This document shows, one piece after another, positions 1 through 14,207 of a DNA stretch of 64,000 nt. This DNA comes from Octopus bimaculoides (Eukaryota), in contig NC_068990.1 of the NCBI RefSeq assembly GCF_001194135.2, positions 89,186,260-89,250,259 of the forward strand. The letters are read 5' to 3'. How positions within the stretch are numbered: position 1 is the stretch's first letter; every line of letters starts with the position of its first letter. A program made the translations under genes and the position numbers. Under the pieces are notes generated by a model. The model worked only from the letters and a program-made list of their open reading frames with translations, was not told where the DNA came from and made no database searches.

Positions 1-230
1 GGCACATAAAAGACACCATTTCGAGCGTGGCCGTTTTCGTGCGGGTGACACGTAAAAGCACCCACTACACTCTCTGAGTGGTTGGCGTTAGGAAGGGCAT
101 CCAGCTGTAGAAACTCTGCCAAATCAGACTGGAGCCTGGTGTTGCCATCCGGTTTCACCAGTCCTCAGTCAAATCGTCCAACCCATGCTAGCATGGAAAG
201 CGGACGTTAAACGATGATGATGATGATGAT
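1..230 (+). mobile_element. RTE-type LINE 3' end (family A) with (GAT)n tail
   Basis: Contains the conserved tail ttaggaagggcatccagctgtagaaac...ccaacccatgctagcatggaaagcggacgttaaacgatgatgat, which recurs more than 10 times in the window. Other copies join it to an RTE ORF2 C-terminus. Confidence 0.8.
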
Positions 231-3172
231 GATATATATATACATGTATGTGTATGTTTGTCGACAATGAGCTTCCCATCATTTTAGCTTTCAACGGATG
301 CCACCCAACTGGCTAGTTGAGCAGGCCTACACACACACACACACACACACGATGTATCCTTCATACTTAAATCATAGACCCCTTGTCTTCAGAAGCAAGG
401 ATATTGACAGTTTATGCCATGCCGTTCGTGTTGAAGGTATTTAGCTCTTAAAAGCAGAGTTCACAAACCTCCAAGTAGCTATACATGAACGAACACTGTA
501 CACTTGTATAAATAAGTACCATGAGGCTTTATAGCTCACTCGTGTATGCAGTGGCAACACTAGGGATTTGACAAATGATTTGCTGGCATGCTATGTTGGG
601 TTTAATATTTCCCAAAGCTATCAAATAAATCAGTGAAACTCCAAGGACTGATTTGCTTTTCATCTGCTTATCTCTACAAAAACTGGAGATAAGCACTACA
701 CCCTTTCCTCTAATAGCTAAAACTTGGAAAAGAAATTAACCCTTTTAGTTTTTATTCTTATTTCTTATTTTGTATTAATCCAAAGATGGGTCCAGAGTGA
801 TTACAAGACATAAAAAAAAATGTCTTAATTCCATGTATCTTTGATAGACAATGCAACATATTGGAAGAGGAGGAAGAAGACAAATACTAAACAGATCAAT
901 CTTCTGTTTAGAGATTTGACTTCTAAGTGGCTTCACTGACATTGACTCTCTTTATACATTAATGGTTCAATAAAGACATTAATGAAAGAAGCAATAAACA
1001 AATGATCACTTGGAACCTTAACCTCTCTCTCTCTCTCTCATCAGCTTAAAGTACAGTAACCTTCTTTTTAGCAGATGTGAAATGTTAGACTGGACTAACC
1101 AGTCCATAAAGTTAGAAGTACAAAGAGTGCATTGGTTGATTTGAACTATTTACATTAAGTCACTTCGAACAGATAATGTCTCAGTTTCCAGCATTCTGTC
1201 ATAGTTGCCAATGATAGATTGACATTTTATCCAAGCAAACTTGTCGCATCAGCTTAATGCCATGAAACTAGAACTAAGCATTGGCTCTTAAGGAGCACTA
1301 AGGAGAGAGCTCTCTTGCAAATTAGTTAAACAAAAACACTAAGTCAACAAATGTGCTTGCATACATATGTATGCCTACATGTGTCATGTAGACACATCCC
1401 ATAGATGAATGAACAGCATAAAACTGATAAACTCCCAAGCGTTCAGATGCAGTATAAGATTTAATGGTTGTGAAGTTATATGATGTTGGTTCATTAACTG
1501 CATGATTACAAATTCAAACCGCAATTACAATTGAATGAGGTACAAAATTGTTTTGTCAACTAGAAAAATTAAAACAAGTCAACAGGTTCCATGTTTATAC
1601 TTCATGGTAAGTGAAAGGAAGTAAACATGTCTGAGGAGAAAAAGGTAATATGGTCACAACTGGAATGTCAGAACAGGACCTTTATTACAATCACCAAGTA
1701 AATGAAAAAAGCCTCTATGCAGTCTTTCAACCTGCAAGAAATAGGAGCTAAATTTCAGTCATGTCAAACTGTGCAGCCTTAGAAAAGGGAAAGCTACACT
1801 GGATTATGTATTCCTAGATACATTATAAAAAAAAACAAATGGGATGATCAAAATCTTCCATCATAAGGGCTGGCCTGAAGTAAAGAAGTTCAGATACAAT
1901 GCAATTATTATATATATATATTAATATAAATTTTCTTTGACTAAGTAGAGGGCCAGCTTTTCATATGACAGATTAAGTCACCCAATTTATGATTCAATAA
2001 AAACGTTAAACACAAAAATCACTTGAAGCATTAACTTCTTTCAATCTAACCATCTCCCCAGCACACATCTTGCTGAGGTGTAAATAATAGTTCCATTAAT
2101 GCAGAACCAACTGCTAAAATGATTATACTGAAGCAATTATGTTATCATTTCAAAACTCCCAAATCATACTGAAATACAGCACCTTACATGGTGTTAGTTA
2201 TAAAGCTATGAGTAACTTAGATGATGATTAAATACTAATGAGCAAATGTACTAAGTAACTCATCTGCACTGCTGCTTGACCTACTAGAAATAGCAGCTAA
2301 ATTTCCAGCCAATCACACCCCACCATCTTAAATAAAGAAATAACACATAAGTCTTACATATCCCTAAAAAGACAGGGTGATCATAGCTGGAGAGCTTTTG
2401 ACTATAGCTCTACATAGTCAAGTTAACATGGAGTTAAATAATACATTTCAAAAGCAGTTTATTATAGCAGCTACTATCATTCAGTCATAAATATCTTATC
2501 ACAATATTAATCAGTCATAAGATATAGCTAGATCTGTCTTATCACAATTTTTAAACTATCATTGTTTTGCTTTATTTTATTTTAATGAGATAAGTCATTT
2601 TTTTTTACATTAGCACAGGTACAGGCATAATGGAATACAGATTACATGGTCACAAGTTCAATCTTTGCTACAGTCAATTGGCTGTGCTCCTTAGGAAGCT
2701 GTAACTGCATTTGTCTAAGTCTGCCTGGCTGACAAAACGGGTTTCATTGCCACTTCATTATTCAGAGATTAGCAGCAAGAAGTGCCTAACAACATCACAT
2801 TGTGTTGTTACAAAGCAATGGTCATATTTATTTGCTTCAGTTTTTTGGCCAAGGTAGCTCACTTCACTTCATTTGAGTAAGAAAGACATCTAAATTAGAA
2901 ACCTGAACATTCTTACACTGTGTAACTTGTAAGTATAATGTTAATCTTCAATGTTTGTAAAAATACTGTTGTTGCTGATTAGTTTTAATCAGCCGTACTT
3001 GTGAAGAACTAAATATAAAGGTTATGTCATCAAATGTATAAAGCTTTCCCACAGGTTTTGCTACTCTAGATATACTAAATCGCTGTCTGTTTTGTGATCA
3101 TGCTATACATTCTACCATGCAGTCTTTAACCGTGTATCAATATAGTGAAGACAATAGGATATATCACATATA

Positions 3173-3407
3173 CAGTAACCCCTCAACTATCATGGGTGTT
3201 ATGTTCCAAAATCTCCCACAGAAATAATTAAAATCTAAAAAAATGTAAATATCTATCAGCTGCAGAAACCTGGATATACTGAGAGGTCCATGATATAAAT
3301 TTACATATATTAGCCAGAAAAATCTGCAATGTATTGAGTGTGCGATGGGCGAACCACGATGTATTGAGTGTGTGATAGGTGAACTGCAATATGGCGATGG
3401 ATTACTG
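3173..3407. mobile_element. Tigger/pogo-like (Tc1/mariner superfamily) MITE
   Basis: Imperfect TIRs cagtaacccctc / cagtaatccatc with TA on both sides; an internal 30-bp tandem duplication (atgtattgagtgtg...). Confidence 0.7.
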
Positions 3408-4355
3408 TATGTTGCTACACAATCTTCTAATTCATACTGATGATGATGACAACTTGGATGGACAGTTGATATAAGAATGCTCATACTTCAATAACCATGT
3501 AATATTCAAACTCTGCAGGTTGATAGTCCAGCTAATATGACTAGCAATATTGCAGTTAGTTTAGGCTTTTCTATACATATCTATCATTAGCACTGTCACA
3601 TCACTGCGGACTGGGTTTTTCTATCATCTTGTGCTATGTTCCTGTGAATACTATTAGTTAATTTCCTCACATACTTCTTTTGAATTGCTATTAGAACCAC
3701 ACAGAGTAGAAATATTTTTTACTGCAGAATGGAGCTGTTACATTAACAGAGTAATTCAATTTCTATACCAATGTTTGGATATGCTGGCATATATATTTTA
3801 ATAGCCATACTTCAACACAATGGACATAAAGGATTGTGTTTAGAGCACAAAACTCACATGTTAATGTCAGGTCTAAAAAAATGATTATGTCTTTGCAGTT
3901 ACTGTGACAACATTCCAATTTCTAAAAAAAAAAATAATTGAATACATTCAGATGACACAACATTCCCTATTACTGCCACCACCATCACTGCTATTAGCTT
4001 CAACTTACTGGCTGAATACTAGCTGCTTCCTCCAAAACTCATTGCATTTGTCACTCCTCTCTCAGTTATTGAAGTGATATGTTATATATACACCCACCCA
4101 TCAAGACATGCCCTGCCATACTAAACATTGCTAAATTCTTATTTTCAAGAATTGCATATTTCTTCCATTCATTTTTCTCTCTAACCCTTTTGGGAGACAC
4201 TGTTTTGGTATCTGTAGCCAAAAAGACTATTTTATTTCTGGAGTAAAGATTGTTTGACAACATAACATGGCAGTCCTGGTTTAGGACTAATGTTGCTGTA
4301 ATTTTGCTCGAAATATAGAGTTTTCAAAGTATCAATACAAGTGATAAACATGACC

Positions 4356-4611
4356 TGTTAGTGTTAGACACAGGTGCATAATACAATGTTAGTGTTAGAC
4401 ACAGGTGCATAATACAATGTTAGTGTTAGACACAGGTGCATAATACAATGTTAGTGTTAGACACAGGTGCATAATACAATGTTAGTGTTAGACACAAGTG
4501 CATAATACAATGTTAGTGTTAGACACAGGTGCATAATACAATGTTAGTGTTAGACACAGGTGCATAATACAATGTTAGTGTTAGACACAGGTGCATAATA
4601 CAATGTTAGTG
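4356..4611. repeat. 31-bp minisatellite, about 8.3 units
   Basis: Unit tgttagtgttagacacaggtgcataatacaa; one unit carries a G>A variant; no spacers. Confidence 0.97.
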
Positions 4612-6051
4612 ACCATTACTGAGAACACTGCTGCTGAGAAGTTATCTGAATTTACTTTCCAAAGAAAAGAACTTATGTACAGCAAACTGCTACAATGAAT
4701 TCACTAAATTATAAATTGCTATAAGTCATAAACCACTGTAAGTTTTAGTTTGTGAGACCTAGTATTGCAGTGAATCTTGTGACAGACAATAAGCCATCAT
4801 TTAAAAGTTAGTTATTCAAAGAATTTTACAACACTCAACAGCTTGTGCACAGAACTTCCAGCCACACGTGTCTATAACCTAATGATGTGTAAGAAGGAGT
4901 TGCAGGAATTTTGAAATGATTTAGAGAAAGCAGATGGTCCATATTTTACAACAGGAATACAGCTAGGTCAATGCATGTACTTTCTCCTGTAGTTCAAATT
5001 AATTGGATGAAGAACCAGAGTCTTACTGTCTGCTACTAATCTCCACTGAGTGTGTCTGAGTGGCCAGGATCCTACATAATGGCAGACAGAGCAAATGCTA
5101 AAATGCAGATCAGCAAAATATGTTTCCACCAAGACAAAACAGGAAAAGCACACTTGCAAGCCAGCAAATGCGAAAGAGCTGTACCCAAAAGTCTGGATTT
5201 AGCAGATAGTAGTGTTGAGTAATCTCACAAAGTTCCTGATCTTCGTGACACAATATAGCACACAGAAGTGAACTAATAAAAACAAATTCACTAAATAGTA
5301 AGATAGTCACATGCAGGAAAAGATCTAGTGATCTAATAAGCATTAACTAACTTGCTCATGAAACAATTACATCAAGAGAAGAATTAACGGAAAGCTATTT
5401 TACCTAACAAAAAGATAACATTGGACACTTATTTAAAACCTTTTCATTGCTTACATTGTTATACTTGGAATCCGCAGTGGTTAAGATGTTTGCACCGTAG
5501 GTCAGTATCTAAACTATGGCCTTAGTTTGAGAGAAGCCTTGGGTTGAATTTGGTCACACATATACATACCTGTGGGCATTTGTCTCTGCATGTATTTGCA
5601 ATGACACACTATTTATGACAATATTTACCATTCCATGTGAACAAAACATCTGGCAGGTCAGTGGTTCATGCAAAACTGTGCAATAAAAGTACCTTACTTG
5701 GAAATATTTAAAGGTTTGTGTCTTAGCAAATTTCACCCAACTCATACTCTCATATGAAATAAGCAACAATGTTGAAAAAAGAGGGATATAATGAGAATTG
5801 TCCTCCCTACACATGTTGTGTAATGTATATGCACGTGCTGTAAACAATGGGAGGAGTGAATAAAACATGCTTGGCATGTCCATCTTCAGAACAGGTTTAG
5901 TGTGCCAAGGGGATATTATATGCAAACTACAATGCACAGTTATAACACACAGTACGGATACAATGGGCAAGTGAAATAGTGATTATAGTGTTTGAGATAA
6001 TGGATGGCTGTCTCTCAAATAGATTAGCATTTTCTTTCTCTTTTGTTTTTG

Positions 6052-6052
<1 letters not shown>

Positions 6053-6120
<68 letters not shown>
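6053..6120. repeat. (TG)n microsatellite
   Basis: Pure TG run. Confidence 0.98.
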
Positions 6121-6122
<2 letters not shown>

Positions 6123-6304
6123 ACAACAACAACAACAACAAAAAGACTACATTTGAAAAATCTTCCCCAGGCTCCTACATCTGGGCAGAATATATTCTGC
6201 ATTTTTCTTAACTGGCTGTGAGGAAGTAGATATCAAATCATCTGGGAATGTTCACCACCAGTCATCTCAGTCTATCAGGCCATGAGCTGAAAGAGGGTCT
6301 ACAT

Positions 6305-6443
6305 CAGTGGTTCCCAACCTGGGGTCTGCAAAGGTAGTACTGGGGGTCTGTGAACTAAATTCAAGATTTCACACACACACACACACACACACACAAGGGG
6401 TCCATGGGAAAACTCATTCAAATAAAAGGGTTTGGAACCACTG
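6305..6443. mobile_element. hAT (Charlie-like) MITE, 139 bp
   Basis: TIRs cagtggttcccaacc / cagtggttccaaacc; 8-bp TSD gtctacat / gtctgcat (7 of 8 match); internal (CA)n. Confidence 0.85.
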
Positions 6444-9400
6444 GTCTGCATGGTTGTGCCACCTGCTTGAGATAATAATCCAATTTCCCTCAAATGAAAG
6501 AACATTATTAGTCAAATATATTTATATCTAAATAGAAGACAAGGTAGTCATTGTTGGATTATCTATGAGGAGAAGTTGCTCAATCGGAGTTGGCCTGGGT
6601 TTAAACAGCTGTCTTGTCACAGTAACTGAAATAATGATTCTGATTACAGGTTACAAGTGATGGCTGGTGTGTGCAGTATATTCCCCATCGGACCCACCAT
6701 ACACCCACCATCACCACTACCAAGTGAATAGCCTGCTTTAGTTACGAGGAATTCCCATCATATTAGCAGCAAAATAAGCAGTGAAATGTTTAAAACGACA
6801 GACAAAATCAAATAAACTTTACAGTTAGACACAAAGAATAGAAGCAGGTAATAAAAATCAATCAATACAAATAGGTCATTGACTTATCAGTCAATTAATC
6901 AACATTATTATTATTTCCTACATACAAATGTGATAAAGAGAGTCAATTGTTTTAATTTTTCTAATTGCAGATGTTCATAAAGAGAAAGAAAGGGAATATC
7001 TACTGACTGAGGGAAATCAATGGAAGTTGTGATGATCATGGCTTTTATTAGTGCTGTTAAACAAAAAACAAAAAAAGCGAAATAGCTACAAGGACCCAAA
7101 CTGTCCTGCTAGAAACAGACTGTTTAGACATCTGTTTGTGCTGCTATTTATCAATGTCATTATGTTGTAATTATTGTATTAAAACTGTATTTACTGTGTT
7201 ATTGCTCATTGCCTTGCCAAATATATAATTAATTTTGTTGACTGATTAACCGATTAGTTATTCATTTCAGCAAAATGACCATGTTAATCATGGCTGGGTG
7301 GATTTAACATATATATTGTTTTCCATGTGAAATTCCTTAAAATGTTTGTAATTTTTGTCAATGATGAAGCTACATTCATGGCTGCTACTGTTGGTGGTTT
7401 GTTAATTATTTTTAATAAACTAAAGTATAATTACAAGTGTTGAACATCAATTTCATTGTTGAGAATATTCATTAAATAAATTTACTCCTCTTTGGTCTAA
7501 GTCAGGGTTTCTCAACCAGATCCCTAAAAAATTATTGGGGGTCCATGCAACAAAATAATAACTTGGGAATCCACAATAGCATTTTAAAGGCCCCTGAAAA
7601 AAATTTAGTTTCGATGTATGTAATGGTATGTATTGCAAGAAACAGGTTTCTTTCTCTAACACCACTATGTGTTCATTCACATAAGTCCTATATATTTCTC
7701 TGGTCAGTTAAGATCTGCAGTAACAGGTTTCACTGAGAAGGTCCAGTAAGACTTAAACATGTCTGGAGTAAGTCACCCTATCACCAAAAAAAATAATAAA
7801 TAAATAAAAATTTTAAAAAAATCACACTTGCACATTACTACATTCCAGATTATATTCTTAACATTTCAGGGTTGTTTAACCAGGATTAACCATTTAGAAA
7901 ATTATTGTTCACAACATTAAGCATGTGATTTTAATTTAAATTTCTTGGTTTACTATGTCAAATATTAACGTTATTTAAATAGCTGGTGAGTGAGGGAAGA
8001 GGCATTGACAAAGGTGGTTAACAAGAGCTGACCTGACAATTCACAAATACTAATAATCAGGTGATTAGATGTCACATTAGGTACAAGTATTTCTCCTATT
8101 GACATCAGCAGTTATGTAACCTGAAAAGGGGTTAGACTTAAGTCACATGACTGTTTGTGTGTACTAGAAATGACACACATGAATCAGCAACAATTACAAT
8201 TACAGGAGTGTTTGGTTGGATAGCCAGTTCTATTTGTGGACCAGTTTCTAGTTTGGATCACTTTTAAAACCAGGTTGTAGCTTAACAAATGAAAAAAATG
8301 TATTCATTTCCTATTAGCATACTGCTGAGCCATACTTTTACTATTAGCATACTGCTGAGCAACTTTTAAGAGCCAGCACCGAGCATTGGTCTCGTAGCAT
8401 TTGCCTTGGTCAATAAGGAACATGGCTGTCTTCATTTCTTTCAATCTCATCCATCATACAACTTCTTTTGCCATAGCCACCAGACAGAGAAAAACATGTC
8501 TCAATGGTTCGATAAAGGCAGCCTTTACAGACTTGTTCAACCGATTAAAAATAGCAACAAGATTGGTGCTGGGCAGCCGTCTTCTTTTTGGGGGAGTGAG
8601 AGCAGGGTTTTATTAATTGCTATTTTGTTACATTTTTGCTATTCCTTTTTATACATTTTACATAACAGCCCTACCCAACTATGTTGCAGCCTGTCTTTTT
8701 TGCATTGTCCTCCTTACCTTATTATTATGGACTTCTCAGTTGCATCCTTTTACACTACTGTGCATGAATGTTTTTCATCACTTTGGAATCAAAAACTAAA
8801 TACTTGTCATGTACTGAGGGTAATTCAGTCATTTGCACAGTTCTATTACAAATGTTTCTTGTGTTAAAATTGTATTATCTTAATTATGGCAAAAATGGTG
8901 GGAGCAGTGAACAAAATGCTTGGTGGGGCTTAGTTTTGTCCCATTGCATTGAATTCAAATGCCTGTCAATCTTTCCTTTCAGTTTTTGAGGGTCAATAAA
9001 ATGTTATGTATTCTCCCAATTCAGTGGTTCTCAACCAAAGTCCATGGAGTTCACATAAGAGTTTGTTAAAATTTATCGGCAATAAAATTGGTTATTCTTC
9101 TACAAAATACAGAATGTCCCTCACTGTGAAGTATCTCTTGCCCTTAGCAGAATACTTTATTCTACACTGTCTCATGTCACTCAAGTTGTCAGGTACTACT
9201 AGCTCACCCGGAAACACTTGTGATTGACTGGAATCTTATCCAAGTGAAGAGTCATCTTTCATCTGCTCCAAGAGCTCTTCAAAAAATGTTACCAGCTCAT
9301 AGATTCTGAGTGCAAATTCAATGAAATTAAATCTAGGAAGTATTACAAGTTTTCACAAAAGGTTATAATGGAAATGATTATTGTTGAGTTCCAGGTCAGG

Positions 9401-10006
9401 TCTGAGTGAACACGCCTCGGATTAAGGTATTACAGTTTTAATTTAGACTAAATTATCCAATATGTCTTCCGTTGTTAGGAGATTTACCTACCGTTTCTAC
9501 TAGCTTGAGCAACTAGAAAGGAGCTCTCTCGCTGCTTTACTCAAGCAGAATATTTGTTTTACATATACGAGAGGATAGACATGTAAAAAGTTCAATTCAC
9601 TGAGGTAGATGAACAATAAAGAAGTTAACAATGAAAGATAAATTGGGTAATGGTGCCATGAATCGGATGGGAGACAAAAGTAAAATGTTCGGCTGAATGC
9701 CTCACAGTAGTTTCGGTTCTGTTTTGAAGTTCAAATCCTACCAACGGTTGACTTTATTATTTCGGAGAGGGGAGTGAGATGGAAAGAGGATTAAAAAGGA
9801 ATTAGCTGCAGAAATATAGCCCCTTCTGTGTACTTAAACTGTTTGTAGTGCATAGGAGTTAAGAAATTTAGAAGAGCAGAGGCTGCTTCAGTTGCAAAAC
9901 AAGAGATGGAGAGAGGACACAGCTTGATGAATAGGAAATAGTTTGATGGAAATCAATAGATTTCCTATTCAAGTAGGAATGGCTTCCTCTTTGTGTTTAA
10001 CACTTC

Positions 10007-10608
10007 GGATCTATTTCAAAACGGGGGCACCAGTTTTCATTTATGTTTTATGTAGTGTTTTTGGTACCGAAAGACTTTCAAACTTCGTATACTTATCTAT
10101 TTTGTGTTATAGAACAGAAAAAAATTTTTGTATTCGAATTTATTTCATGTAAAAAATTGTCTCATTTCGATAATTTCTACTAATCACTGACGTCTATTCA
10201 GTTGAAAACAGTTAGCGCTGTAACGGTGTATATCGTATTAATCCCCTAACCCTAACCCTAACTCTAGAATCCGAACTCTAAAATTGTTACACACATAGAT
10301 ACGCACAGCGTAATTTATTATATAAACAATATATGCGTATAAACTACGATTAAACCGGATGAAATATGTCACAGGGAATAACATTTTTATGACCGCCAAG
10401 CAGTAACTCTATTCAGCTGAATAGACGTCAGTGATTGGTTGAAATTACAGAAATACGACAACTTTAACATGGAATAACTTGCGATGTACGTTTTTTTGTT
10501 AAGAAGACTAAGAGTAAAAGATGTTTTATATGATACATTCTACCAGTGTCCGAAGTTTCAAAGTGTTTCGTTAAGAAAATACTGGTGCCCCCGTTTTGAA
10601 ATAGATCC
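10007..10608. mobile_element. Non-autonomous DNA transposon, 602 bp, Merlin-like
   Basis: Perfect 28-bp TIR ggatctatttcaaaacgggggcaccagt; perfect 8-bp TSD aacacttc (9999-10006 and 10609-10616); inner 35-bp inverted repeat; (CCCTAA)3 at 10244-10261. Confidence 0.9.
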
Positions 10609-11090
10609 AACACTTCAAACAAAACAAAGCATTAGCTGTTCATATCTGAAATTTGAAATGGTTTGTATTAAAGCAAATTAATATCTCTTACAAGAAACAT
10701 GAAACCTCAGGGAGTTTTACACGCACGCGCACACACGTAATAATTAAGTTACGACTACTAACCACAAAAGCAGTCATTTTGTAATTAAAGTGCGAGTTGT
10801 TAAATGGAAAATTTGGATATTTCCGACAAATTATTATTTTCACTAATTTATTTAGGGAAAACGTATAAGATTTACATCATTTGAGTGCAAAAGTCACTCA
10901 GCCCACCCTTGTATGTTTGGGGTTACAATGGTCATGGACAAATTAAATAGCAGCACGACTGATGTATTCCAGGAATGGTTAATAACAATGACATCTTAAA
11001 TTTTTGAGTTCGCGAATCGGATGAAAATTAATTTTCGTTTTATAGATTTTCTTTGCTAATTAATCATCGATAAATATATATATTGATTAC

Positions 11091-11200
11091 TTTAAACACC
11101 ACCACCGCTGCCACTAGAATCGCAAAATCGTACATCCACTCCGTCTCCAGCAGATTTCGTCTCGTTTCGTTGACATAGAATTTAGCGAACGAAATCTGAC
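11091..11200 (-). CDS. Candidate exon of unknown product (QISFAKFYVNETRRNLLETEWMYDFAILVAAVVVFK)
   Basis: tttag acceptor, open frame and AAA|GTAATC donor in a CpG-richer region; I recognise no homology. Confidence 0.2.
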
Positions 11201-11635
11201 CTAAATCATAGAATCATAACATACAGGAGGTTTTGGCCTTCATGCATCTCTAACAAATAAAAAAAAATACCTTTTTTTAAAAAAAAGATAATGATAGACA
11301 AAATATAAAAGGGAGTGTATTTTAAATAGAATTTAGGGTAGGTTACAGTTTGAGGTTTCTGGAAGAAAGAAAAAAAAACCAAATCAACGAAATATTCAAC
11401 TAGTGCACAGCAGATATGGCGTTATTTATTTCAGCTTGTGGGAAGTTCTTTCTTTCTCTCTCGAACACACACACCGGAGTATGTGAAAAAGAGGAAGAGA
11501 GAAACTGTTAATCCGTTAGTCAATTGGTAATAAATGTATGACAATAACCAACTCCCCGAGTCATTAACTTCAGCTTATTTCATTACATAAAAGAGAGACG
11601 TTGTAAACATCCCTATTAGGACAATAAAACTGTAC

Positions 11636-11669
<34 letters not shown>

Positions 11670-11766
11670 NNNNNNNNNNNNNNNNNNNNNNNNNNNNNNN
11701 NNNNNNNNNNNNNNNNNNNNNNNNNNNNNNNNNNNNNNNNNNNNNNNNNNNNNNNNNNNNNNNNNN
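11670..11766. other. Assembly gap
   Basis: N run between (CA)n and (TA)n. Confidence 0.99.
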
Positions 11767-13989
11767 TATATATATAATATTATACTATATTATATTTTAT
11801 TATATGAAACGAAAGTTAGTGGATGGTGGTGTAGTCGTGACAGTAAATAGATGGAGGATAAGGTTAGAACTTCAGTGAATGAGGTACAGGAGAATAATGG
11901 ATTTGCTACACACATCACAAAGAAGAGGCAGTAGTTAGTTATAGGGAGTCAGTTAGACATGGAATAGACAGATTGTGAGACGAGATCATAATCACTTCCG
12001 AGCTTAGTCAGACATGTACAGAAATAATCCATTTAGTCGTTAATCTTCATTACACGAAATGTGTGTGTACACACAGGTATGTTTGTATGTATGATTATGA
12101 CTATATATGTGTATATGCGTGTATGTGTACATGTGCATTTACATTTGTGAATAAGCATATATGTTTATGTTTATGTACATATAAAAATTATGTATACATA
12201 TGTACACAACAAAAGAAAATATTGTGTAGCGTTTATTTATAAAATAATTAAAGATTCAATCACATGTAGAATACGTTCAAATGCCTCCCTGTATCCCCGC
12301 TATATTATATAGGAATGGAAAATAGTAGAGATGGACGGAAGCTTCATCTTTGAATGTATAAATTCTACAACCATATATTGAGTACGCTTCTAAAGTTTAA
12401 TGAGCAAGCGCGTATGCGTGTGTGCGGGAGAAAAAGGGTGTGTGCGTGAAGAGGAGAGAGAGAGAGTGAGTGAGAGAGAGAGAGTGTGCGTGTGTGTGTG
12501 GTTGACATCTATTATTGCTTCTGTAATGTTCTGAATTTAAATATTAATATTAAATATCATTAATTTCTTTGTTTGTAAATACTGATGTATTTTTACTATC
12601 GGATATTTTTAGATACTCCACACGATATTTTTTTTTAGCCCTTGGTCAACCCTGGTTAAGCAAATCAATGAATATGATCAGTGCTATTCCAGTCTAGACC
12701 ACACTGTATTTGTATATCTAGGAATATTTTTCGCTGTGTTCTTCATTAAAAAAAAAAAAATGGATTGTATAATTTTAGCGAGATTTGGCTGCTATTTGTA
12801 GCAGGTCGAGAAATCGATTAGGTACTTCCTCATTGTCTTGAATTTTAATTATTATTTTTTCTTGTCGAAGCAATGAATCCCTACATTGGTGTCTATAGAA
12901 AATAAGGCCAAAATTTATTATTTGAGGTGTTTCCATTCCTCTAATGGTAACTTGTAGCCTCATTTTGGAAGTGGATACAGGATACATGTATTTTGATGGA
13001 GTTGGATATTTTTCATATTAATAAATACGTTTATAAGCATATTTGCCTGTTGCTTATTTTTTATATATATATATATAAATGTCGTTATAGACTGTTGCTG
13101 TATTTTTCTGTCACACCACTGTGCCTTTGTAGTCCTTGTGGCAAAGCAGAGATCATCTACAGAGTCAACGTCACGAATAGAGAAAAAGCAACATCCATTT
13201 AACGCAGAAGTCTGCTCAGCTTCAAACACCTAAAATTAGGGCGAACTTTTATGTCGAAAATGAAAATATTTTCCATTTACATCTTCGTGTGCGAGTATCT
13301 CAATACCTCCCCTTTAAATAATAACACCACCACCACCAAATAAAAGAACTGTCAGCCCCCACCTGACCCTCATAACACCATAAGTGATAATGAGAGAGCC
13401 TTTGTATGGTCACTTGACTTGCTAGAAATAGTAGCCAAAATCGCCCTTAAAATACACCCCACCGTCTTAAAGGAGAGAGAGAGAATAGACTGAATTATGC
13501 GGTTGGTGGAGGGAATAAAACAAAGAACCGTTATGTCAAGATGTCGGATCATAGGTCTGCTCAATTATAGATGACTTAGGGTTAAGCATCATGAAAAAGC
13601 TAATGAAACGATAATTATCAAAATAAATAAATAAATAAATAATAGTGGCTGTGTGGTAGGAAGTTTGCTTCCCAACCACATGGTTTCAGGTCTCACTGCA
13701 TGGCATCATGGCTAAATGTCTTCTATTATAGCCCTAGGCTGACCAAAGCTTTGTGAATGAATTTGGCAGACAAAAATCAAAAGAAGCTTTAGAGTTGTAG
13801 ACAGTTACCTGGTTTAACAAGACCACCTGGCAGCATGAGTGCCTCAGCAAAGCTGCAAGCACACAAGCCAAGTCTTCCTTATCTCCTACCAGTCTCAGAG
13901 GCCTCATAAAAGTGTCATGAGCCATTACCTTACCCCATGACTAACGGTCAATATAAAAAAATTTTAAATCTCTTATCATCCCAATCACA

Positions 13990-14207
13990 TTTACCAATTT
14001 GCTTGAAACCATCCAGGTTCTATGATACAAATTTCATGTTTTAAATGGATCTAAATTTAAGCCTTCACTCCAAAATTTCATGTTAACTCAAATGTCAAAC
14101 ACTAACTTAATAACAAAGTCATTTTACTAAATTCTTCATTATTTTGATAACTGATTGAAACAGGGACAGTGTATTTCAATAGAAATATGGTACCAAAAAA
14201 ATTAACC
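13990..14207. mobile_element. Degenerate piggyBac-like MITE (same family as 52441 and 58185)
   Basis: Shares the internal sequence aaaatttcatgttaa...ttttactaaattcttcattatttt...atatggtacc with the other two copies. Confidence 0.65.

Noticed and set aside
4356-4611. CRISPR-like array
   Set aside because: The units abut with no unique spacers, there are no cas genes, and the context is eukaryotic.
10244-10261. Interstitial telomere or chromosome fusion scar
   Set aside because: Only three units, and they lie inside a MITE.
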